Below are positions 26,010 through 38,719 of a DNA stretch of 64,000 nt, in pieces (the stretch's first letter is position 1; each line of letters starts with the position of its first letter). The stretch comes from Octopus sinensis. Its lineage: Eukaryota. The notes under the pieces were generated by a model that saw nothing but the letters and a program-made list of their open reading frames with translations, did no database searches and was not told the DNA's origin. The stretch is taken from the NCBI RefSeq assembly GCF_006345805.1, contig NC_043000.1, positions 64,294,001 through 64,358,000 on the forward strand, given 5' to 3'. A program made the position numbers and the translations under genes.

Positions 26010-26602
26010 TTAACTTAGCAACGTCTAAGGTTCTAGTAAGTAAGAAATCATACAGAACAAACAATGGAGCCTGGTATGGCCCCTGGCCATACCAGCTTCA
26101 ATCAAACATCCAACTCATGCCAGCATGGAAAACAAATGTTAAATGATGATGATGATGATTGGTACATAACTACAAATGCATAAAGAAAATGCATGTAGTT
26201 TATTTAACTGACATCAGTATTTGACTTTTTTTATATATATATTTCATTAAACCAAGAGAACTCAAAGATAAAACTGAGCCCAATGGAATTTGAACTCAGA
26301 ATGTAAAAGAATGTAATAAAATATCACAAAGCTATCAATGAGAGTTAAAACAAAAATCTACAATTGGTTAAAAAAAAAAGATCCTGAAATACTTTATTGT
26401 AACAAAATTATATTTTTTAGGAAGCAGCGTTTGTTATCAATATTGATCTATTACATGGGAAGAAGGCCACAAACTGTGTAGGCAGAAACAGTTGATTATA
26501 TCAACCCCAGCACTTGACTGGATATGTCTTCCTCTATATACTTGTCATAGGTAGATAGATGAAGACAAATCAGCATCAATATTGAAGAAGTAAATTACTC
26601 AC

Positions 26603-28600
26603 CATTATTTGGCTCTTCTTTAACTGAAGGAGTAGCACCTTCTTTACTCTCGTCTCCAGATTCTAGATCTTGTCGTTCTAAGCTATCACGTCCAGGACTT
26701 AACTGATCGGATTCTCCACATTTGCTGTATGTACTAGAACTTGACTGGCTATCTGATCGTTGGTGGGCATGAACAGGACTATGCCGTCGTAAGCTTTTGT
26801 GCAATGTTATTCGTAATGGAGATAAATCAAACAAACGCTCACCGCGTTCTCCATTTGGGGTTGGAGTAGATATTATTTCGATATCTGATGATGTTGTTGT
26901 GTCTATTTCATCACCAGAATCATGACCACTGACACTCTTTTCACTATTATGCTCAGACTCCGTTTTGGAACTCTCTGATCGGTCAGCTGAATTTGAATGG
27001 CTATCACTGTGTTCAGACCGAGCCTCTTCCATAGCTTCTTCTATAAGACATTTGACGTAGGAACTATTGGAAGAGGAAGACATGATACTTTCTGTACTAG
27101 CAGCTTCTAATTCTTGTTTTCCTTCAGTTTCAATTATTGTAGACACCTTCTCTATAACAGTCTCTGATGAACAACTGCTTGTATTAGCACTACTGTCAAT
27201 TTTACTTTCATAACAATCTACTTTGTTTGAACTTTCTTCAATTACCTCTACAATTGGACTTAATGGACTATATTCTTCAAGTTCCTGTTGTTTGTTATTT
27301 ATAGGAGTTTCACATACACCTTTAAAAATCTTTTTATTATCTCTTAGTAACTTTCCTTCTTCTGAAAGAGTTTTGTCATAATGATCTTCAACTGATTCAG
27401 AAACCAATGAAGATGAAGGCTCCACTTGAGCCTGAGAGGCAGATTGAGTAAATTCAGTTATATCACAGCTTTCAACAACTTCCACTACATCAGATTTATT
27501 AGTTTTATCACTTGTTGTTTGTGATCTGATAACAGTATGGAAACTATTTAAAGATTCACAAGTAATATCCATCAAATTTGAGTTATCACAGGGAAGAGCA
27601 TCAGTACCACTAACAGTTTTGAGGTCTTCATTTACTATACTAATTTCAGCATTTTCATCTTCTTGAAGAGAATCATTTGCAGACTCCAGTGTTTGTTTTC
27701 CAATTTCTATAGGCTGAAAATTTTGTAAATCTAAATCTGAGAGCCCTACATTCTCCTGATCAGAGTGAAAACTTTGATGAGAAGGTTTGTTATTGTCTCT
27801 TGAGGCTGCAGGCTCAAAATCAGAACCTTTCATCTGTAGTGGACTCTCACCATTATCAGAATCAGTATTTACACACACTGCTAAAAGAGAACTCTCATAA
27901 GCAGGTGTACTTTCTCGCTCATTATCAATTTTCACCTCTGATTCTAGTTCTTCAAATGAAATATTTGCTTCTGTAGAACTCTTTAAAATCTCTGTTGATG
28001 AGCCTGTATTTGAAGATGAAATTTCTTCAAAATCAGGAACTGCCTTACCCATGGTAGATTTAATTTCTGCTATAGATTCATCATGTTCTACAAAATTAGA
28101 TTTTTCACTATCAAATGAAATATTGGATTCAATTGAAGAAATATCTATAAAAGAATCCTCTTTTGGAGAATCTGATTTATTTTCTACTGAATCAAATAAT
28201 GAGTGTTTTTCATTTTTCTTAGTTTTATTTTTGCTTGAAGGATCCAAAGTTGCTTGGACTACTTCAGTTTTATCCTTATGGCTCTCTGTTTCAGCTTCCA
28301 AGGTAGTACACTGAGAAGTTTCACCTTTTATTTTCTCACTTGTCTCTTGTGTCTGATTTAATAAGTCTTTTGCAGAATTATTTCTTGAAGGATATATGGG
28401 TGGTAAGTTGGTCTGTTTTGGAGCTTGCTGTGTGACAGGTGTACTTGGTTGCTGAGTGAAAAAGCTATCATTTTCTGGTTCGCTTTTTAAGCCAAATGGC
28501 AAAGACCAGGAACTACGAGGTGATGTTAGTTTCTCATGATCAAAAGGAAGCCAAGTTGACCAGCTGGAGTCTTCGATTTCTTTTTTTGAAGATCTAAGAT
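26603..28600 (-). CDS. TMF1: TMF1 giant exon (1998 nt, 666 aa, acidic/Ser-rich disordered region)
   Basis: Open frame that includes ORF 26595..28502, extended upstream to acceptor ttttatag| (28602-28601); donor G|gtgagt at 26602. In frame with the previous exon (G+AT=Asp). Contains WSLPFGLKSEPENDSFF and the TMF1-like DEIDTTTSSDIEIISTP motif. Confidence 0.88.
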
Positions 28601-29384
28601 CTATAAAAATTAAATTAAAAATACAGATTAAGTAAATTTAAAAATACAAATGAAAATTTAAAATCTATGAACAATAATTACAGCTTAGAAAAAAACAATT
28701 CCTATTCTAGACAACAGTTTCTGAATCTTTACCAAAAAACAAACAGAAAGCCAAAACATTATTTTTTAACTTAATATTTATAACATAATTTCATTAAAAC
28801 AAAGCATATTAATATTTGTACAATGTGAACATTCACCAGTGGTACTTTTGTTCAAAGAGTCATTGCAAATTTATGGATAAAGTAAGCCTAGATGGGATGC
28901 ATGGAGTGTATCAAGATAAAGGACCCAAGATATGATATTTTAGTTAAATATCTGCAAGGGAAATATTTAGCAAAGAACAAATATCTCTTCTTGCATTTAT
29001 TGAGCTAGAGAAGATAGCTGAGCATATAATGTTCTATAGTTTAGTGAACAATGAAAGTAGTTTCTATAGTTCCAGTATGGTCACTGTCCAATGATTGAAA
29101 CAGATAAAAGAAAAGTATATTTGGAAAACTGGATTTTGAAAACAGTCTACGTCATTTTTTGAAGTATCGAAAGTGGAATGAAATCATTTGAAAATTTAGT
29201 GTTTATGTTAGTTTCAAATTTTTTATATTAATTTTAGTTCCTGAAGCAATTAAAAAATTCCAAGATGAATACACATAGGAACCTTTATGTATTGATGAAT
29301 TGAGTTTGGCAGCAGAATCTACTGAAAACTGAAGAGCTTACAGTCATGGAGAAATTAACTTCAGTCAAAAGGCTTACTAAGTCA

Positions 29385-29670
29385 AACATCTGAGAGATCT
29401 AAAGTCCCCTGATCAGAGGCTCAAATCAGAACCTTTCATCTTCAGTTAATGAAGGCCTATATCAGAGAACTCTTGCTACTATTAGAATAAATCTTTACAT
29501 ACACTATTAAAAGAGAGCACTCATAAGCAGATGCACTTTCTTTCTTATCAATTTTTACCTTAGATTCTAGCTCTTCAGATGAAATATGTTGAACATTTTT
29601 TGGAGAAGTTCTTAAAATTTTTGTTGATGTGCCAGCATTCTTCAAATCTAGGGACAGTTTGTAGCTGATG
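29385..29670 (-). pseudogene. Degenerate duplicate of part of the TMF1 giant exon, inside the preceding intron
   Basis: Aligns by eye to 27730-28060 in the same orientation (HISSEELESKVKIDKKESASAYECSLL vs NISFEELESEVKIDNERESTPAYESSLL). Has a stop, frameshifts and a deletion of about 50 bp. Confidence 0.85.
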
Positions 29671-31027
29671 CCACAAAAGTTCAACAACAACAACAGGAAA
29701 GTAACTTTGAATAATATATAGAAGTGGAATAGAACCCAAGAAATGGAAGTCAATGTAAGCTAAAGATATACTAAAGGGGTTCCCAGATAACTGATGGAGC
29801 ACTGTATACAATAATTTCATTATATTTATAATATTTTAGAGACACAGCAGGTACATTAAAATAGATAGTAGTATACACTGAAGACTATATGCACTTCAAG
29901 TGACTCTTGAAGTTAGTTCTTCTATAAAGGTAATATTATAGCTCTACAGATAGGGTATATAATAGTGGAAGTAGCTTTGAGCGATGAGCCAAAGAGATAA
30001 CCACTATGTGATTGCTGAACCTTCTAGAAATAGCAGCCAAATCCATCTTAAAACATGATCAACTGTCTTAAAAAAAAAAGGCACACTACGCCTTCAAAAT
30101 CAGATGATATTAAGTGAAACAATAACAACAACCGTTTTTCCAACTGTAAAAGTAGCAGAATTTATGAAGCATGTATAAATATAGCACTAGCTAACAAATA
30201 AAAAAAAAACAGCAACGAATCCAGGAAATCTGCTGTGACTGAAGCAGAATGAACAGAGTGTGGTCCATTGGATTTGAAATATTATCTTAGAAGAAAGGAT
30301 GATATCCAGATAGTTAAAAAGAAAAACAACTAAGACAATATGAACATATAAATTTGTTCATTCATCTTTAGGCTTATTTTTCATGCAAGAATGGGGTAGA
30401 AAAATATATTATTGAGGATTTGTTTATACAGCCAGATGCCCTTCCTGTTGCTAATCCTTACTTGTTTTTCAGTTAAGGGACCTCTTATTCTATACATCTT
30501 CAAAGGCGCAAAACCAGCAGATGATTTGTTGTCAGGAATGACAATCTCATTACTTCTGACTCAACAATTGTCAGAAAAGCACAAACATAAACAAAAACAT
30601 CACATCATATACATGCACATATATATGTATACATATATGATGGGCTTCTTTTGTTTCTGTCTAGCAAATCCACTCACAAGGCTTTGGCCAGCCTAGAGTT
30701 ATAGAAAACACTTGCCCAAGGTGCCATACAATAGGATTGAACCCAAAACCACATGGTTGGGAAGAGTACTTCTTAATTACAAAGCCATTGTAAAGCAACT
30801 GAAAATATATATCTCAAAAGTCTATGTACTCTAATTAAAAAGAACCCTGAAAAACATTAAGATTCAAAGATGATACATGATTGCATACCCACTGCATTCC
30901 AATTTGGAAAAAAAAACTACCTACAAGATAATGATGAGTAAAAAGTATATTCCTAAAGATTATATGAAGAAAAATTTAAGTTCTTGTGATGTGTGAAAGA
31001 AATTAAACAATGAAAACATATACAAAC

Positions 31028-31142
31028 CTTTTTGTTTACTGTTTTCATCTTGAATATCAAGTACTTTATCAATTTTCTTCTGTGCATTTTTCAAGGCATT
31101 AGAAGCAAAGTCAGAAAAGTTTTGTGAATCCCACCAGCTCAT
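31028..31142 (-). CDS. TMF1: TMF1 first coding exon (MSWWDSQNFSDFASNALKNAQKKIDKVLDIQDENSKQK + 1 nt); the exon itself starts at 31176
   Basis: N-terminal motif closely matches the conserved TMF1 start (human MSWFNASQLSSFAKQALSQAQKSIDRVLDIQEE). Acceptor ttttag at 31178-31177 and donor AAG|gtttgt at 31027. 115 coding nt, phase 1. Confidence 0.9.
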
Positions 31143-34048
31143 TTTTTAAAGATTAATCTTCATCAAATGAGCAGATCTAAAAATAAAATAAATACAAGAT
31201 GCAAATAAAATTCACATGAAATTAGATTAAATTAGCTTTAATTAAAATTATAAAAGTCAGAGAAATTATATTCAGTGTTAAATTTATCTCTAATCTATTT
31301 AAATGGAGAGCCATTTTTCCAAAACAACAAAACCAGATCTCAATAATGTTATATTATTGAAATTTCAGAACTGAACCTGAAACCATGTGACTGGAAAAGC
31401 AAACTTGTAAAATATAAAATGAAAATCCATATTTATATCTTTAAAAAATCTGTGTTGACATTTCATAGAGATAACCAATATGAATTTTTAACAGGGGCAA
31501 AATCGTTAGCATGACAAAATGCTTAGTGGTATTTCATCCATTTTCACATTCTGTATTCCAATTCCACTGAGGTTGATTTTACCTTTCATCCTTTCAAATC
31601 AGATTATTACAAGCATCACAAATCATTTCAGTGTTGATGGAAGAAGTACCAGTTGCATACTGAGGTCAATATAATAGACTAGACCCCACTTCCCCACAAA
31701 ATCTCAGGTCTTGTGTCTGTTGTAGAAAGGATTATGCAGATGGCAGCTTCAGAACTAGCAGTATCAAATTACAGCTAGGTAATGTTTTGACCACAAACAA
31801 TGCACTGCAGGAATCATGAGTCCAGTCACCACATACACACATTATAAACAATATCAAGTTTTAGTAATCAATATCTATAATCTTAATATATAAAAATGAA
31901 TGTATGTTTCAAGTCACAGGCAGCAGTTTTGCATTTAGGTAGCTGAAATTTTGCACAGAGGCACATCTTTTTTTGGTGGCGGGGAAAGTCGCAGGCTATG
32001 AAAGTTCTAGGTGTCGTATTAGTTTGTTTATATTTTACACATCTTTATGAAGTTCAGTTTGAACCATCTTCTGAATTGCTCAGAAGAAACAGTTCTGTGT
32101 AAATAAATATTCCTAGGCCAAGTGAAGAGTGCAAGTGACTAAAAACAATTACTCTAAAATATAGTGAATTCATGTGATTATAATTATTTTAGGTGTTAAT
32201 AAACCAGGTTATAGCCAAGTACTGTAGCTGGTTATTGAGAAAGCAATTTCAATCTCCTCATTACTTAGTCTCAAAACTTTTGCTATATCACTCTCTGCAT
32301 ATCTCAAACTTACATTTCATCTTCCAAGAAATTATCTCAATTATTATGAGTGGGCCAAAGCAAATACAAGTAGATTTAATCACTGTACCTATCCAGCAAA
32401 TATGAGTCACTGTATATAAGAAATCAAATCAATAACAAGCAACACAAATTGTATTTTCTGAAGCAATTCCATTTCTTTTCATTGTGGTGAATACTATTCA
32501 CAATGTATAATGCAAGGCCAACGTCAAAACCTATTTTTTCTGAGTTTATTGTTGTTTTTCCTTGATATAATTTTCATGTTTTGTTGGAGAGGGTTGTAGA
32601 ATGGGTTAACCATTTAAATCAATAACTTGGTATTCTCATGTTTCAGAAAGAAGCGATTATAAGAAGTTCTTCACACCGAACAACCTCCCGATGATGTCAA
32701 TCTTGATTTCGTTGCCAACAGTTTATTTATGATAGATAGTATACACACACATTTAAACCTTTCGGTGCCAATACGGCAGTCTTGCCAAAAATTGAATTCA
32801 AGAAGTAAAAAAACTCACGCTGAAAAGCTTCATATTAAATTTAAGATAATGAACAAGCGTAAACTTTTTCCACATACGTCTAATACAATTATATAAATTC
32901 GTTATTTTGTATGATCATATATTTCTTAACAATTATCTATGGTATATAAGCAAAATATGAAATTTGTTTCCATAAACTTTTTCAGTGACTCAATTTCCCT
33001 TAATGTTTCAAGAGATCAGGCCAAAATCCCTATAATAATAATAAAAAAACCCTAAGGTAAAAACCTCTTACACGAGACTCCCCTCCCTAAATAAAGTGCA
33101 AAGAACGATGAAACCCTTGGCTAATATTCCTTTTTTTTAAAACTTCAAAACGTTTTCCCAGTAAGATAATTAAATATATGTGCTCAATTATGTAAACAGT
33201 ATAGTACTTAGTACTCTTTCACGTTCTAAATTTTAATAACATATTAACAAATTGACAATTTACATATTTTAATGATATTTCTTTTCGGAAACTATTAATT
33301 ATTACGTATTCTTTTAACTGCTGGAATTTTGCTCTATTTTTTAGTGGAGAAGATTATCTGCGAGATTTTTTTTGTTTAGCTTTTGTCCGAGGGGCGTGAG
33401 TTTAAACCCCACCTTACATATATCTGCTATACACACATAAAAGCATATACACAAGTGTAAACACACGCATGAAAGTGAGAAGAAAAATTCACCAAGAGCT
33501 TACAATTCAACACCCGATTTTTTTTTTTTACACGATCAACACAACACTAATCGTGTCGTTAGTAAGCTATGTAACAATCAATAGTTGATGATTAATAATA
33601 TTTACGTAATACTACTAACATGTAAGATATAGTCATGTAAGATAAACTGGTTCTTTTTCCATCAATTCTTAATTACGGAAAACATATCGGATTTATTTAT
33701 TAGCGCATAGATCTATCTAAAACGCAATGTAAATAAAGTTTCATAGATGCGAAGCATCGAAATCATTCTATGTCAGTATGAAAGCGACTGCTACAACTTG
33801 TCGATAAATTAACCTATAATATTCACATAGTTCGTGGACAAATTAGACTACATTTTTGGTGGGTGTGGGCTAATTCGGAAGAAACATATAAAATGAAAAA
33901 TAACATAAGAAAACATTTCGAAATTATACGAATTCCTTTCCAACAAATTAAACGATCGTGGTAATGAAAGTAATAATATAACAATTTATATTAGAAGGAT
34001 CGCACTACAGCAAATCTTAAATGACATAGTAACTGTTTGAGATATTAC

Positions 34049-34200
34049 CTGATCATAGTAAATAATTATATCTACTGTTATATTCACGAAAGTCTTATTT
34101 GACGGTAACAACAAATCCAGGTGGCAAACACAAAGTTAGCGTAGAAGTCGCCATTTTGTAACGATGCTGACGTTGCCGGAAATTACCCAATCCTAGTGTC
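34049..34200 (-). promoter_or_regulatory. Putative TMF1 core promoter and non-coding first exon
   Basis: Locally CpG-retaining. YY1/TISU-like CAAAATGGCG (34158-34149), TGACGT (34168-34173), ETS-like CCGGAAAT (34176-34183), CCAAT (34187-34191). Minus-strand donor CAG|gtaata at 34048. The TSS position is inferred. Confidence 0.55.
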
Positions 34201-34823
34201 CAACAGCGGGATATCGAAGTTCGATCCCTCAACAAACTATGTGACTTGAGTATTAAAACAAAAGTTAAGAACTCTATAAATGAAATAATTTAAATAAATT
34301 AAATAAGCAAAACAAACAGTTAGATGTTAAGCTTATGACTTTGAACAACCAGAACAATTTACAAAACACACACACATACAAACGTGTGTAACATTTGTAA
34401 ACAGTATTTACAAAGAATATCGCTAGTCAATTTTAGTTGCTCTTTGAGTTAAACAAATTATATTTCTTTTACTCTTTAACCAAGGAAGTGTGACCGTGCT
34501 CGATTAAAATGAGATTAATTTGTACACTCCCTGAAAGTGATCATTCTTGTTCAATATATAAAGTAAAATATCTAATATTTATATATCGAACTTCATTATC
34601 GATACAATACTAATAATGATACGAATGTTTTCTGTTTAAAAGTAGATGAAGTAGGGGGAAAAACTAATGCGAAAATCCAGTTGATACAAATTCTAATTTA
34701 CATTTTTCTTTCTTAAAATATTCTCCTTCAAACTGTCAAAAGACAATTATTTCCGCGTCACTGAGTAATTTCCCTTGGAAAATTCCGGAGTATTGGATAG
34801 TGTCCCTTACATCATAGCAGTCT

Positions 34824-37791
34824 GAGGGTTGCCAATTAAGCGTATTTTATGCTAGATCTAGCATTTTTTTTTCGGCATTTGGTAGAAAATTGTTGAATCT
34901 AGCATTTAGCAGGGAAAATTGCAGGTTTAAAATTTATTTTCTTCTGATCATGACATTTCCACAATAGTTACCCATTTTTCTTCTTTTTCCTCCTTTTCTC
35001 CTTTCGTAAATGTATCTTATAGTCAAATTTTTGTACTATCGGCTATTGTTGAATTTTTCTTTCACTTTCTTGAAACTTTAAATGAAAGGTTATCATGTTA
35101 TGAACTTTTCCAGCCTCCCTATCACCACCGGCTTGGATACAGAGTGGTGCTGGTGGGGGGAGAAGATAGCTCATGTCAGCACCTGAACTCACTACACAAT
35201 AATGTAAATATGTTGCAAAGAATGAAAGAATGGAAATTCGTCCTAACAATGCTTTATTCTGTAGTGATGAGTTTTTATCATGACAGGTTGATTGATTTAC
35301 TTTCAAGCTCTGTTTTGGACTATATATCTTGTATAGAAGTACAGGTGTGGCGGGGTCTCCCCATTTATATTTCTACTTACTTTTATTTTTTTTTTAGGCA
35401 TTGTAGTTATACTTGTGGTTTTACCAATAGATATCAAATGTAAGATTGGAAGCGAAATATGATGTTCCCAGGTTTATATCAGAACACAGTTTTAGGATTT
35501 CTGCAGATTTTACTTTTCTATTTATACGTTGGCCACCCTGCATCCTGAATCAGTATTCTTCACCTCAAGAATTTGTAAGCAACGAACATAAGAATTGTTA
35601 ACAACGAATGAAAGAATTGTTAGCAGCAAACTGATAAGCTGTGTTTTCAATTTTGTATCTTTATTAATCATTCAATTTATTTTCTTGCTTCCCACTACAT
35701 TATTATGAGCAAAGAAAAATTAAGTTGTACCAGCAAAAATTCCGAAAGAAATGGCTTAAGATGCCAGCGTTTACTAAGTGGTTGTGTGAAGTACCTAGTG
35801 ACCAATCTAAAGCACATTGCAGATATTGTAGATGTAATATGTTGGCAAAATATTCTCTTTTAGTAAGCCAGTGTGAAGCAAAGAAACATAAGACATCAAC
35901 TCCACAGCAAATGATTCCTCTTATCAATTTTATTAAAACCAAAAATGATAAGACATCTATGCTTGAAGCAAATTTAGCAATGTTTATTTGTTGACACTCA
36001 TCATTCAATAGCTGTGATCACTTAATAGAGTTATGTAAGAATTATATGTCTGATAGTGATATTATATCCAAAGTGAAGTTGCATTGTACAAAATGTGCAA
36101 ATATTGTGAGAAATGCTCTAGCTCCATATTTTGACAGAGATTTGATTTCTGATATAGGAGATAGAAAATTTAGCCTGTTATTAGATGAATCCAATGATAT
36201 ATCGATAAACAAGTTGTTAGGAATTGTTATCATATATTATTGTGACACTTACAAAAAAGTGGTACATACATATCTCAGTATGGTATCTTTAGAAACATGT
36301 GATGCAAATGACATTGTAGATGCCCTAAAAACTGAATTAGTGAAAAAGAAATTGGATATAAAAAATTTACTGGCTATAGGAACCAACAATGCTAGAGTAA
36401 TGATAGGAGTCAACAATGGTATTTTCCAAAATTAAAAGTTCTATCATTACTTCTATTTAGATGTGTATGTCATTCTTTACAGTTGGCAGTATTCCACACT
36501 TGTGTTAAATGCTTGCCCATAAATTTAAAATCATTCTTCAACAAGACAAAGTGCCTACAAACAACTTTACCTTGCTATCAATGATAAAGAGCCTTTGAAG
36601 ATCATGAATTTTTGTACATCTAGGTGGCTGTCAATAGAACTAGCAGTAAATAGAATTTCAAGCCAATGCTTTGAATTGCAAACTCACTTCCAAACTACAA
36701 CTACAAAAGAAAAATGCTTTACAGCACAAATGTTATATGAAATGTTTTGTGATTCTAGGAATGAACTTTACCTTTCATTTTTACATCCAATTTTAAAACA
36801 TGTTCAGGAAGTGAATAAAGTGTTTGAATCAAACACTGCCGACAAAACAAAATTACTTGAAGATTTTTCAAATTTGATCAAATCTGTTGTTAATATGATA
36901 GTGTTGCCAACATATAGAATTGATCCGGATGCTTCTATTGAAAATTTTCTGGATCCTAAACCAAATTTAGGCTGCAAGTTTGAGAGAAAGCAGAAATGAT
37001 TATCAAGAAAACTGTAACAGCCACCGAAGAAAATAATATTCACAAAAGAGCACAACAATTTTTACTCTGCCTTTATAAAGAGCTCAAGCACCGTTTACCA
37101 GGAAATATTAATATACTAAGGAATATCAAATGTTTTTCAATAGAGAAAATTTTGCAGCATTTCAAACAGCCAATTTTACCTGTCATAGAAGCAATACATT
37201 TAAATGAAGAAAAAATTGCTTCAATTGAAATTCAGTTTAATAGCATTCATTTAGTTAAATGGACAAATCTGTCTAATACTGAGGCATTCTGGCTGGAAGT
37301 CTTGGAATATAAAGATGCTACAGGAGGAAATCCTTTTAGAGATGTTGCAAATTTTGCCATTAATCTATTGACATTGCCAAACTCAAATGCAGAAGTTGAG
37401 CAGTTGTTCAATAGTATGAGTGTAATCAAATCAAAAGTGAAAAACAAAATGTATCTTCCTATGCTTAGATCAATAAGTCTATAAAATATGGCCCGAAAAG
37501 ACATGGCAAATGTTGCAAAAACTTTGATATTCCAAAACACATAATTAACAAGATTGGGACCTTGAATGTATACAGAAGTCAAGACCTAGGCACTGCAGCT
37601 GAAAGTAATCAAATCAGTGAAATTCAAGAAATTATTTCTCAATGCTGAATATAATTAAAGAAAGTAAATAAAAGTGTAAATAAAAATTAAGCTCTTTGAA
37701 ATAATTAGTCTTTAGCATTCTTTTGGTATTTTTTCTGAAATTTAGATTTGTCCCTTTAACTAAATGAATGCTATTTGAGTTGGCAACACTG
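34824..37791 (+). mobile_element. Full-length decayed hAT DNA transposon (about 2.97 kb); transposase about 35706-37655
   Basis: Termini (G)AGGGTTGCCAA / TTGGCAACACTG. N-terminal C2H2 BED-like finger (AHCRYC..KH), LLLDESNDIS, RCVCHSLQL, SRWLS, and the C-terminal dimerisation motif (FWLEV..LLTLPNSNAEVEQLF). In-frame TGA at 35992 and several frameshifts. Confidence 0.92.
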
Positions 37792-37817
37792 TCTAACCCA
37801 TAGAAATATATATATAT

Positions 37818-38431
37818 CAGGTCATCCCATAAGTTCTGTCCAATTTTACCTTTTTTTTAAATTGAATGAAATTTAATAGTATTTTATATTTCTTTACTAC
37901 CTACAAGGGGCTAAACACAGAGAGGACAAACAAACGGATTAAGTCGATTATATCGACCCCAGTGCGTAACTGGTATTTATTTAATTGACCCCAAAAGGAT
38001 GAAAGGTAAAGTCGACCTCGGCGGATAGTATTTTAGAAAGTCTAATGGAATTTAAAATTATTTTTATGCATTTGTGTATATCTAAACTAATCAAATATTA
38101 TTTTACAGAATAATAGAATTAAAATTTCTTTGATTAAAACCCTTTCTAACATGGAACTATCCAAAGAGCATTTAAGGCACATAATCATTTATGAGCACAA
38201 AAAAGGAAACTCTGCAGCCGAAGTGATTTGAAACATGCTCTCAGTTTATGGGAAAGAATGCTTGAATGAATGAACTTGCAGAAGATGGTTTGCAAAATTC
38301 AGAAGTGGAGAATTCATCCTTGAAGATGAAGATTGAACAGGATGTCCAGTTGAGTTTGATGATAAGCTCCTTGAGGTTTTACTTGAAGAAAATCCTGCAT
38401 TATCAGTTGAAGAATTGGCAATAAAGCTTAG
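37818..38431 (+). mobile_element. 5' half of a mariner element with a nested SINE
   Basis: TA|CAGGTCATCCCATAAG left TIR. ORF from 38151 reads MELSKEHLRHIIIYEHKKGNSAAE..TCRRWFAKFRSGEFILEDE with stops, and ends at the foldback. Confidence 0.85.
37887..38024 (-). mobile_element. 5'-truncated SINE (OK-like family) with 11-bp TSD
   Basis: ATAGTATTTTA at 37876-37886 and 38025-38035. Contains the CCGCCGAGGTCGACTTTACCTTTCATCCTTTTGGGGTC block. Confidence 0.85.
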
Positions 38432-38683
38432 TGCAAAAATTACATCAATTTAAAATGTAGAGCAATCTTTAGCTGCACAAAAAACATAGAATTTAATTAA
38501 ATTTGAAGGACACATTAGTTACAACTGTGATGTTGTTGGTAAAACATGTTCTTTGTCTATCTCCTTATCCTCTTGGAGATTTTGGATAAAATTATACTAA
38601 TGTGTCCTTCAAATTTAATTAAATTCTATGTTTTTTGTGCAGCTGAAGCTTGCTCTACATTTTAAATTGATGTAATGTTTGCA
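38432..38683. repeat. Inverted repeat (88-bp arms, 76-nt spacer)
   Basis: 38432-38519 vs 38596-38683, about 3 mismatches. Confidence 0.9.
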
Positions 38684-38719
38684 TTGTTCAATTAAATGGA
38701 GTCGCATGAAATGATTATA

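Noticed and set aside
28051-28314. 87-aa plus-strand ORF
   Set aside because: Antisense shadow of the TMF1 exon.
35706-37655. Domesticated (functional) hAT-derived gene
   Set aside because: In-frame stop, several frameshifts, an altered catalytic Asp and retained TIRs indicate a dead transposon.
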